From an uncultured Gammaproteobacteria bacterium (lineage in GTDB: Bacteria > Pseudomonadota > Gammaproteobacteria > Arenicellales > DRJH01), in contig CAYQAP010000001.1 in the NCBI GenBank assembly GCA_964415515.1, positions 51,398 through 111,826 on the forward strand: a stretch of 60,429 bases of DNA, in the 5' to 3' direction. This document shows, piece by piece, positions 44,699 through 54,029 of the stretch (within the stretch, counting starts at the first letter, position 1; each line of letters starts with the position of its first letter). The notes beneath the pieces are model-generated. The model searched no databases. It had not been told where the DNA came from and was given only the letters and a program-made list of their open reading frames with translations. Both the position numbers and the translations under genes were made by a program.

Positions 44699-45896
44699 CG
44701 GCATGGGCCCGCCTGTCATGTGAATGCGGTGTAATGAGGAGTCGTTCCTGATCGGTGGTTAAACCAATTTCTGCATCGGTTAAATAACAGCCCGGATCTT
44801 CGGCCCAATAATCACCACTGATCTGATAGGCCCGAACCCGGGTATTGCCATTGCAGATATCCAGATACCGACATTCGCCACAGCGCCCCTTCAACGGGCG
44901 TGGTCGGACCTTGAGACCGGCCATTAATGGGTCAGAAGTATCGGGCCAGATCTGGGAAAATGGGCGCTCACGAACATTACCCAAATTATAGTTCCACCAC
45001 ATGGTGTCCGGGTGCACATTGCCCAGATTGTCGATATTGGCAATATTGACTCCGGTAGAATTACCTCCCCATTGTCTGAGCTTGTCTTGCATATGGGTGA
45101 ATTGGTCAGGCATATGCTGTTGAATCCACAGCAACAGGAAAACCCCATCCGCATCGTTATTGCCACTGACAAATTCGCCTTCCTTACCCTCTCGGGCTTG
45201 CTGCCAGCAGGTGCGAAATAACAATTCCATCGCCCGGCGGGTCGAGACAAACACGGTATCATCCCGGCGATGGGTATTGCCACGCCCGGCATAATTTAAA
45301 TGGGACAGATAGAACCGATCGATATTGTGTTCCTCCATAAGCGCCAGCATGGCCGGCAGTTCCTGCTCATTGTCCTGGGTCATGGTGAAACGAATCCCCA
45401 CCTTGACGCCGATCTCATTACACAGTGCTATGGCCCGCATAGAGGCCGCAAAGGCCCCCTCTTTACGACGAAAACGATCATGAGTCGAACCGATCCCATC
45501 CAGGCTGATACCAACATAGTTATAGCCAACCGCCGAGATTTCTTCGATATTGTCCTCATTGATCAAGGTCCCATTGGTCGATAGGCCAACATAAAAGCCT
45601 TTGTTTTTCGCATAGTGGGAAAGGGCAAAAATATCCGGCCTGAGCAACGGCTCTCCACCGGAAAGAATCAGTACCGGTACGCCGAATTCATGCAAATCAT
45701 CCATGACTGTCTGTACTTCAGCAGTAGACAACTCACCACTAAAATCCTTGTCCGCAGAAATCGAGTAACAATGCTTGCAAGTCAAATTACAGCGTCGGAT
45801 CAAGTTCCACACCACCACCGGCCCAGCCGGCTGTCGGACCGGTACCAGTGGTGTCGGAGCATGGAGCTCACGCATATATCTGGAAATTCGAAACAC
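44688..45896 (-). CDS. nirJ: Radical-SAM heme d1 biosynthesis protein NirJ
   Basis: MFRISRYMREL N-terminus, the radical-SAM CNLTCKHCY and a Cys-rich SPASM-like C-terminus (CGECRYLDICNG). GTG start overlaps the nirH stop by 1 nt. Confidence 0.9.
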   Translation of the reverse strand: MFRISRYMRELHAPTPLVPVRQPAGPVVVWNLIRRCNLTCKHCYSISADKDFSGELSTAEVQTVMDDLHEFGVPVLILSGGEPLLRPDIFALSHYAKNKGFYVGLSTNGTLINEDNIEEISAVGYNYVGISLDGIGSTHDRFRRKEGAFAASMRAIALCNEIGVKVGIRFTMTQDNEQELPAMLALMEEHNIDRFYLSHLNYAGRGNTHRRDDTVFVSTRRAMELLFRTCWQQAREGKEGEFVSGNNDADGVFLLLWIQQHMPDQFTHMQDKLRQWGGNSTGVNIANIDNLGNVHPDTMWWNYNLGNVRERPFSQIWPDTSDPLMAGLKVRPRPLKGRCGECRYLDICNGNTRVRAYQISGDYWAEDPGCYLTDAEIGLTTDQERLLITPHSHDRRAHADEK

Positions 45897-46390
45897 TATA
45901 TTCTCCTTTCGGGGTAAAGCCGCAACCCCGTTTTCTTCAGAATTCTGGTGCTGAACAAAACAGTATGGCCGTGATCATTCGGCCCCAATATCGCCGCAAG
46001 AACATCCACTTTACTTGTGACCTCGGACCGGCTACGACCATGCACCATAACAAAGAAATTATAGGGCCAATCCGGCAGATGCCGTGGGCGACGGTAGCAG
46101 TGACTGACAAAATCCAACACACCAATTTTCTTTCCCGCCGCCCGTACCGCCGTATCTGGAACATTCCATACCGACATACCGTTGGCGGTATAGCCCAGCT
46201 TATAATGATTGGGTACCAATGCAACCCGGCGAATAATTCCCGCTTTCAGCATCCGTTGGCAGCGCTGAATAACCTCTTCAGGCATTAATCCCAGTTGTGT
46301 TGCCACCTCGTGGTAGGGCCTGGCGGTCAATGGCAAACCGCTCTGTGTGGCAGCGATAATCTGCCGGTCTGTGCTGTCTATCAAGGTCAC
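45896..46390 (-). CDS. nirH: Siroheme decarboxylase subunit NirH (AsnC/Lrp-like)
   Basis: 164 aa. It is the fourth of four consecutive AsnC-like paralogues (RQIIAATQSGLPLTARPYHEVA...), between nirG and nirJ. Confidence 0.8.
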   Translation of the reverse strand: MTLIDSTDRQIIAATQSGLPLTARPYHEVATQLGLMPEEVIQRCQRMLKAGIIRRVALVPNHYKLGYTANGMSVWNVPDTAVRAAGKKIGVLDFVSHCYRRPRHLPDWPYNFFVMVHGRSRSEVTSKVDVLAAILGPNDHGHTVLFSTRILKKTGLRLYPERRI

Positions 46391-46397
46391 GAGCCTT

Positions 46398-46886
46398 TCA
46401 TATTTCCAGCTTCAGGCCGACAAAAAACTCTTCCTGCTTGGGCATATTGCGTACCGGATAGCCGGTTTTTTTGGCAATCAAAGCCAATACCTGCCCGATC
46501 TCTTCCGGAGTCTCGGTAGCGATGACAAACCACATATTAAAGGGATGGTCGCGCTGGTAATTATGTGCCACTTCAGGAAATGCATTGACTTGTTCTGCGA
46601 CCCGCTCCAGCTCATTATCGGGGACTCGTAGCGCCGCCAAGGTCAAGCCACCACCCAACTTTTCCGCGTGATACATCGGCCCCAGACGGGAGATAAAACC
46701 CTGCTCTTGCAAGATCTCCAGACGATTCAGCAAATTATCTTCGGCAAGACCAAGTGTCCGGGCAGCAGCTGCGAAAGGCCGTTCACAAATCGGCAGCCCC
46801 TCTTGCAACAGATTCATTATACTTCGATCGGTCGCCCCCAGATCGGTCGCCCCCAGGGCCTGGCTATCCGACATCTTGTCTACCAT
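46398..46886 (-). CDS. nirG: Siroheme decarboxylase subunit NirG (AsnC/Lrp-like)
   Basis: 162 aa, with LLQEGLPICERPFAAAARTLG... and the half-domain pattern shared with NirD. Alternative ATG at 46874. Confidence 0.8.
   Translation of the reverse strand: MVDKMSDSQALGATDLGATDRSIMNLLQEGLPICERPFAAAARTLGLAEDNLLNRLEILQEQGFISRLGPMYHAEKLGGGLTLAALRVPDNELERVAEQVNAFPEVAHNYQRDHPFNMWFVIATETPEEIGQVLALIAKKTGYPVRNMPKQEEFFVGLKLEI
46826..46855. repeat. Perfect 15-bp tandem duplication (GATCGGTCGCCCCCA x2) inside nirG
   Basis: Read directly at 46826-46840 and 46841-46855. It is in frame and encodes LGATD-LGATD near the NirG N-terminus. Confidence 0.95.
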
Positions 46887-47418
46887 CCCTCAGCCCTCGA
46901 TGCACACGAACCGGCAACAAACGGTTATTCCCATCCGCAGCAATACTGCAAGCCCCCTGCTGCTTGAATCGTTGACTGCTGAACAGCACTTCATAAGCAT
47001 ATTGCTCCAGGCCACAAGTACCAACCAGCTGCTCCAGGTGCTGTAACACTACCTCCCGATCCCGACCATGAATCATACAAAACAGATTATAGGGCCATTT
47101 GGGTAAGCGTCGTGGTCTCCGGTAGCAGAGTGTGACCACGCGCTGTTTCCCCAAACACTGGCCAACCTGTTGCACCTTTTCATCGGGGACATCCCAAACC
47201 ACCATCGCATTGGCCCGATAACCGAGCTCATGGTGGCGTACAACCACACCCATACGGCGGACCGTACCATCACCTTGCCACTTTTTCAGAAACTCGATGA
47301 CCTGTCGCTCAGACATACCAATCTGCGCACCGATACGGGCATAGGGGTGTGATACCAGTGGCAAGCCCTGCTGCAGCGCAGCCACCAGGGCAAGCTCGAG
47401 TTCGCTTAAGTCGCCCAT
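46864..47418 (-). CDS. nirL: Siroheme decarboxylase subunit NirL (AsnC/Lrp-like)
   Basis: 184 aa, with LVAALQQGLPLVSHPYARIGAQIG... and the HTH-plus-ligand-domain pattern. It overlaps nirD (13 nt) and nirG. Confidence 0.8.
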   Translation of the reverse strand: MGDLSELELALVAALQQGLPLVSHPYARIGAQIGMSERQVIEFLKKWQGDGTVRRMGVVVRHHELGYRANAMVVWDVPDEKVQQVGQCLGKQRVVTLCYRRPRRLPKWPYNLFCMIHGRDREVVLQHLEQLVGTCGLEQYAYEVLFSSQRFKQQGACSIAADGNNRLLPVRVHRGLRDGRQDVG

Positions 47419-47858
47419 TGCAGTGGGAACCCAAGATCAATATGGTAGGCCTCCAGCATTGGCAGCATCATCAGTGCCAGGTCGGTTTGCTGCTCAATCT
47501 CCTGTACGATCTGCTGCAGGCGATCCTGGCTGGAAGTTGTGACCACAAACCAGAGGTTGTAACAATGTTCACGGGCATAATTGTGGTTCACCTCAGGGTA
47601 GGCCGTCACCAAGTCTGCTACTTCCTGTAATCGCTGTTCCGGTACCGCCGCAGCTACCAGAGAGCTGACTCCAATCCGGTTGGTCTGGAATACCGGGCCC
47701 ACACGACTGATCACCCCTTGCTCCTGCAAATCCGCAATCATTGCAAGCACTGTGGATTCATCACTACCGAGCTCGGCAGCAAGTTCCGCATAAGGCGTTG
47801 TGGAAAGCGGAAAATCGTGCTGATACCTGTTTAATAAATCTCTTTCCAGACCATTCAT
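47406..47858 (-). CDS. nirD: Siroheme decarboxylase subunit NirD (AsnC/Lrp-like)
   Basis: 150 aa, with LLNRYQHDFPLSTTPYAELAAELG... It is the first of the four AsnC-like genes, downstream of nirF. Confidence 0.8.
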   Translation of the reverse strand: MNGLERDLLNRYQHDFPLSTTPYAELAAELGSDESTVLAMIADLQEQGVISRVGPVFQTNRIGVSSLVAAAVPEQRLQEVADLVTAYPEVNHNYAREHCYNLWFVVTTSSQDRLQQIVQEIEQQTDLALMMLPMLEAYHIDLGFPLQWAT

Positions 47859-47863
47859 GCTTC

Positions 47864-49063
47864 CTACAGTCCGATCTTGTGAGCACGACTAGTAAAAAAA
47901 ATCCCGCTCGGTGCATCAGCCGGCAATGATTTGAGCAAGGTCATGGTCGCGGTATCGTAAATATTGACCCGATTGTCGTCTCGAACCGAAACCCATACCT
48001 GCTCTCCCCGTGGGGTAAATTCCATATGTAGAACCGTTTTTCCCGGTTTCAAGGTCTTGATAATCTGTTGACTCGGCACATCGATAATCTGTACCGTACC
48101 ATTCAAGGGGTAGGCAAAATTAACCCAGATCTGTCGCCCGTCCGGTCTGGCCATGACAAAAACCGGCTGTCCGTAGGTTGCAATCCTGCCGATTTGCCGC
48201 CAACTGCCTGTGCGCATCACCAAAATTTCGTGATGGCCTACGGCAGGCACAAACAAGGCATCGCCTGCCTGTGTCCAGCCTTCAAGGTGTGGCATTTTAT
48301 AGACCGGCAGTAGTTTCTCACCCCGCCCATAATGAGGCAGAATTCGACGCACCCCTTTTTCGGGTTGCCAAAGATCAAGCAAAGCCATACCATCTTCGCC
48401 AAACAAGCCAGCAATATAATAGCGACCATCCGGGGTGATCAGACCATCATAAGGCAGTCGGCCGATATTTTTAAACTTGGTAATCTTCAGCGCCGTACGA
48501 TCGTGCGCATCCAGCACCCAGGTTTCACCCGCGTCATAGAGACTAAACACGAATTTCATTCCCGGTGCATCGACCAAACCAATCACTTTTGAGCGCTGGC
48601 CCTTGTTGCCATAGGTCGTGGGAATATCCGCCACCAGCTGCAGGCTGGCAGCGTCAAATAGCTTCACGCCTCCCGGTGTGTAATTGGATACAGCCACCAG
48701 ACGACCATCCTGGGAAATTGCCCCGCCGATACTGTTGCCCGACTGGATGACTCGTTTAACCAGTTTTCTAGTCAATAAATCGATTTTCGACAGCCCGCCA
48801 TCACGCCCAAACACAAAGGCATAGCGTTCATCCCGCGAAAATACAACTGAAGCATGGGACAGATCTCCCAGCCCACCGATTTTGCCGAGGCTGGTCTGGC
48901 CGCTCGTCTCAACAATCAGTACTTCACCGGTAGCCCGTTCGATAATTACACCCAAATCACCTGTGCCTCGAACTGGCTGTGCGAACGACAAAAGTGGCAG
49001 GAATAACAATGGCAGGAGCAGGCACGTCCTAACCCACGAACAACGGCTGCAAAACCTAGTCAT
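47864..49063 (-). CDS. nirF: NirF (cd1-type beta-propeller without heme c; heme d1 biogenesis)
   Basis: About 399 aa from ATG 49063. It has a signal-like N-terminus, a propeller homologous to the NirS/NirN C-domains, and no CxxCH. The ATG overlaps the nirC stop (ATGACTAG). Confidence 0.85.
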   Translation of the reverse strand: MTRFCSRCSWVRTCLLLPLLFLPLLSFAQPVRGTGDLGVIIERATGEVLIVETSGQTSLGKIGGLGDLSHASVVFSRDERYAFVFGRDGGLSKIDLLTRKLVKRVIQSGNSIGGAISQDGRLVAVSNYTPGGVKLFDAASLQLVADIPTTYGNKGQRSKVIGLVDAPGMKFVFSLYDAGETWVLDAHDRTALKITKFKNIGRLPYDGLITPDGRYYIAGLFGEDGMALLDLWQPEKGVRRILPHYGRGEKLLPVYKMPHLEGWTQAGDALFVPAVGHHEILVMRTGSWRQIGRIATYGQPVFVMARPDGRQIWVNFAYPLNGTVQIIDVPSQQIIKTLKPGKTVLHMEFTPRGEQVWVSVRDDNRVNIYDTATMTLLKSLPADAPSGIFFTSRAHKIGL

Positions 49064-49448
49064 GGGGCACTCCCTTTTGCAACAATTCAATCAAATACGT
49101 GATATCTGCATGACTCAGCAATCCACGCCATGGGGGCATCGGAGTATCGGGCACTCCGTCCAGAATAATAGTACGAAGCAATTTGGCATCTCGTGTTGCC
49201 ATAACCCGGGGCAGTAGCGACGGACCGAGGCCACCCTTTAAGGTCATCCCGTGGCAGGAACCACAATCCTGCTTTAAGAGGTGGATGAGTTCCGTTTTAC
49301 GTTGTGCGCCAGGCTCGGCTGTTGCCGCTTGTGCCAGCACCGGCTGGGCGAGCGTCAGGAAAAACACAACTGTGATTGCTACGGAAAAGAGTGGCTCATG
49401 CCTCCGCCTGGACCGACCGACCGAGAATGTCTGTGTATGCTTGTTCAT
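49056..49448 (-). CDS. nirC: NirC (monoheme cytochrome c55X)
   Basis: Signal peptide (RRRHEPLFSVAITVVFFLTLAQPVLAQA), a single CGSCHG and the Met ligand context DTPMPPW. ATG 49448 lies 53 nt inside the nirE 3' end. Confidence 0.82.
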   Translation of the reverse strand: MNKHTQTFSVGRSRRRHEPLFSVAITVVFFLTLAQPVLAQAATAEPGAQRKTELIHLLKQDCGSCHGMTLKGGLGPSLLPRVMATRDAKLLRTIILDGVPDTPMPPWRGLLSHADITYLIELLQKGVPHD

Positions 49449-50205
49449 GAGGTGAAGTCTGTCGCCATTCCAGTTCTTTTGCAAGTGCTACGACCCTGCC
49501 GATGACAATCAATGAGGGTGTGGTGAAAGCGTGTACACGGGCCTGTTCTGGCAGTTGTTCCAGTGTGGTCAAACAACGGCGCTGATCACTGTGTGTACCT
49601 TTTTCGATAATCGCAGCCGGGGTGCTACCCGCCAGGCCCGCTTGCTCCAGTCTGGTGGCAATTTCATGCAGATGGCCCAGCCCCATATAGACCACCAGGG
49701 TGGTATCGGGATCTGCCAGACTGTTCCAGTTAAGATCCAATGGCTGATTTTTTTGACAATGACCGGTCACCATCCGAACACTTTTGGCCAATCCGCGATG
49801 AGTCAGGGGGATTCCGGCATACGTGGTACAGGCGGAAGCCGAGGTAATACCGGGGACGATACGGAAGGGGATGCCATGCTCACGCAGGTAGAGGGCTTCT
49901 TCACTACCCCGACCGAAAATTAACGGATCTCCTCCCTTAAGACGAACAATCCGGGTTTTGCCTGCCCGTGACAACTGCACCAGCAAGGCATTGATTTCAT
50001 CCTGGGTCATGTGGTGATGACCAGAGGTTTTACCGACATAGAATTTTGCCGTACCCGCCGGGACAAGGGCCAATATTTCTGCTGACACCAGTCGATCGAA
50101 TACCACCACATCAGCTTCCTGCAAGAGTCGGTTGGCTTTCACTGTCAACAGCTCCGGATCACCGGGACCCGCGCCAACCAGATCAACATGAGGTGATTCT
50201 TTCAT
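49396..50205 (-). CDS. nirE: Uroporphyrinogen-III C-methyltransferase (SUMT) NirE
   Basis: VDLVGAGPGDPELLTVKA, VRLKGGDPLIFGRGSEE and VPGITSA motifs. I chose ATG 50205 (GAGG 6 nt upstream); ATG 50220 and 50226 are also in frame. Confidence 0.88.
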   Translation of the reverse strand: MKESPHVDLVGAGPGDPELLTVKANRLLQEADVVVFDRLVSAEILALVPAGTAKFYVGKTSGHHHMTQDEINALLVQLSRAGKTRIVRLKGGDPLIFGRGSEEALYLREHGIPFRIVPGITSASACTTYAGIPLTHRGLAKSVRMVTGHCQKNQPLDLNWNSLADPDTTLVVYMGLGHLHEIATRLEQAGLAGSTPAAIIEKGTHSDQRRCLTTLEQLPEQARVHAFTTPSLIVIGRVVALAKELEWRQTSPHEQAYTDILGRSVQAEA

Positions 50206-50228
50206 ACAAGCCTCACACATTTCCATCT

Positions 50229-50264
50229 AGGAAGCTGTCCGAGAATACAGAACCTGCTACGGAA
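50229..50264 (-). promoter_or_regulatory. Copy B of the 36-bp element; contains the palindrome CTGT-N8-ACAG (50235-50250) and a -10-like TATTCT
   Basis: 30/36 identity with 24951-24986. On the coding (minus) strand it reads ...GTAGCAGGTTCTGTATTCTCGGACAGCTTCCT. It lies about 23 nt upstream of the nirE ATG 50205. Confidence 0.6.
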
Positions 50265-50410
50265 AAGTCTCCTAGTATTGATGAGATATTTTTTTACTGC
50301 CTGGTCTCCAGTCCTACAGGAGTTACCGAGCTCAATAGTATCGATTATCGCACGGCTGAAGTACTTGACGTTCACAACAATTTCATTCGCCCCATTATCC
50401 ACATCAAGTG

Positions 50411-50453
50411 CGATAAAAGAAAGGCGGGGAAGCAATACCATCACTTCCCCGCC
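50411..50453 (-). terminator. Rho-independent terminator downstream of nirS copy 1
   Basis: Perfect 10-bp stem GGCGGGGAAG / CTTCCCCGCC (50423-50432 and 50444-50453) with an 11-nt loop. On the minus strand it is followed by TTTCTTTTAT. It starts 17 nt after the nirS stop. Confidence 0.88.
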
Positions 50454-50470
50454 GCACAAGACGCTACCGA

Positions 50471-52159
<1,689 letters not shown>

Positions 52160-52254
52160 CTAAATAAACCTCCTGGCTCTCTAACTCTTATAAATGATTA
52201 ACCCCGACTAATCCATATGCTGCGAGTACACTATAAATTGCTGATCGAAAAGTT

Positions 52255-52272
52255 CCTTGATATTCATCAAGG
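52255..52272 (-). promoter_or_regulatory. FNR/ANR/DNR-type box (TTGAT-ATTC-ATCAA) upstream of nirS copy 1
   Basis: Perfect consensus TTGATattcATCAA at 52257-52270, extended to the perfect palindrome CCTTGAT/ATCAAGG. TATAGT (minus strand, 52235-52230) lies 21 nt downstream, which is class II spacing. The box centre is about 107 nt upstream of the ATG at 52156. Confidence 0.8.
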
Positions 52273-52343
52273 TTTGCAGAAACGACGACAACAGAGGAGC
52301 CATGACCCCACAACCCTTCCCTGTCTTCTTCGCTTTTTAGTGA

Positions 52344-54029
52344 TCAGTAAATATCGTGTTGGGTGTTATAGACGTTAAATTTACCGGTAACCGTGTGCAG
52401 TCGACGGTCTTTGATCACGGCTTTGACGGCAAGCGTTTTGTCATCGTAAATCACGATCGCAGACTGACGGGTGGATGGGTTCCAGACCGACAACCAGACC
52501 TCATCACCTGCCCGGTTATATTCCGGCTGCAGCACGCGTGGCGCACCACCAACCCCGGAGTCCTTTGCGACATCGAGCAACTTGTAGCCCCGGTCTAAAC
52601 GATCGAGGTCAAACACGGCCACGGCTCCGGCGATACCACCATCTGGATTGAGCGGGCTATCCACCCACAGATGATTGGAAGCGGGATGAGTTTTGACAAA
52701 CAGATTACCTGTGCCTTGCATTTTCAGATGACGCACCACTTTCCAGGCACTGGTTGGATGCCTGACCGGATCGGTACCGATAGCAGCCAGCCAGTCATCG
52801 CCCAAATGCCCGGTAACCCATAGCGGGCCATATTTTCGATCATTGACATTGGCACCGCGTCCAGGATGTGGGAGCTTGCCAACAGTAATATTCCTCACCA
52901 GCTTGTCGACCCGGGTATCCACCACAGAAATGATATTGGATTTACTCGCTGCCGCCATGAAATAACGGTGGCTGGCATCCCAGCCCCCGTCATGCAAAAA
53001 TCGGGCACTGTAGATGCTGGTTGTTTTTAATGCGTTTAGATCAGAATAATCAACCAGTAAAATTTTTCCGGCTTCCTCTACGTTGAGGATAAATTCCGGT
53101 CGTTGACGACTGGAGACAATAGCTCCTACACGCACTTCAGAAAGATAGGTATTATCGATGGTCATGCTGCGGGTGTTCTCAGCCCGCAATGGCCGCAGAT
53201 CTATCCCATCAAGAATCACATACTGTGGAGGCCAGTAACAGCCGATAATCGTGTAGCGATCTTCCCAGCCCGGGTATTTCGAGGCTTCGACACTCCGTGC
53301 TTCCGCACAGGGTTTGACTTCAGCCACCCGATCGGGTCGCTTCATCCACAGGTCAATCATGACCACTTTGCCATCACGACCGACCACATAAATATAGCGA
53401 CCTGAAGCTGACAGGCGTGAAATATGCACAGCATAGCCCGTGTTTACGACAGTAACGATTTTCCGGGAGTCACCATCAATCAGCGCAACCTGGCCGGCAT
53501 CCCGCAGGGTTACAACAAAGAAGTTACTGATATTGTAGTCATTCATCTTTCTGACAGGCCGTCGGGAGAGATCGACAAATACCCGCCAGGAGGCGTTCAT
53601 CTGTTTCATGCCCAGTTCAGGAGGCTGGGATGGCGGCAGCTGGATATAGCGCACCATGATATCGATTTCCTGCGGCGTTAATACCCCATTCCAGGAGGGC
53701 ATGCCATCGGCAGTACCGTCGGTAATCGTCGCCCTCAGGAAATTGGCCCCACGCGCGCGCGTAACATCGGTCGTCAGCGGTCTTCCCGTTGTCCCCTTGC
53801 GCAGGGTACCGTGACAACCGGCACAGCGCTGAAAATAGATTCTGTTGCCCGAGGCAAATTCCTCTGCCGTCAATGTCGGCACTTTCCCGGCAACGCCTGA
53901 TGGCACCTGCACCGTTGAAGGAGCTGACTGATAAGCCTGCTGTGCCTGTTTTCCCTCAGCCGACACTGCACAGGCGATTATGGTGCCCAGCCCCATGGCC
54001 ATAACCGCAGCTATGGTTTTGAACTTCAT
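52344..54029 (-). CDS. nirS: Cytochrome cd1 nitrite reductase paralogue, copy 2 (first distal His replaced by Arg)
   Basis: 561 aa from ATG 54029. The ORF-track N-terminal extension runs into the upstream Sel1 gene and has no signal peptide. It has signal [38 protein letters not shown] and FLHDGGW, but reads VSSRQRPEF where copy 1 has IASHQRPEF. Confidence 0.93.
   Translation of the reverse strand: MKFKTIAAVMAMGLGTIIACAVSAEGKQAQQAYQSAPSTVQVPSGVAGKVPTLTAEEFASGNRIYFQRCAGCHGTLRKGTTGRPLTTDVTRARGANFLRATITDGTADGMPSWNGVLTPQEIDIMVRYIQLPPSQPPELGMKQMNASWRVFVDLSRRPVRKMNDYNISNFFVVTLRDAGQVALIDGDSRKIVTVVNTGYAVHISRLSASGRYIYVVGRDGKVVMIDLWMKRPDRVAEVKPCAEARSVEASKYPGWEDRYTIIGCYWPPQYVILDGIDLRPLRAENTRSMTIDNTYLSEVRVGAIVSSRQRPEFILNVEEAGKILLVDYSDLNALKTTSIYSARFLHDGGWDASHRYFMAAASKSNIISVVDTRVDKLVRNITVGKLPHPGRGANVNDRKYGPLWVTGHLGDDWLAAIGTDPVRHPTSAWKVVRHLKMQGTGNLFVKTHPASNHLWVDSPLNPDGGIAGAVAVFDLDRLDRGYKLLDVAKDSGVGGAPRVLQPEYNRAGDEVWLSVWNPSTRQSAIVIYDDKTLAVKAVIKDRRLHTVTGKFNVYNTQHDIY

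Noticed and set aside
45896-47858. Four consecutive AsnC/Lrp-like genes that could be read as transcription regulators
   Set aside because: Their position between nirF and nirJ, their sizes (150-184 aa) and their overlapping arrangement fit the NirD/L/G/H siroheme decarboxylase subunits of heme d1 synthesis rather than regulators.
50365-50378. TTGAC-GTTC-ACAAC upstream of nirE as a possible DNR/FNR box
   Set aside because: Only one half-site is good. The position, about 135 nt upstream of the most plausible -10, does not fit class I or class II geometry. I kept it only as a remark.
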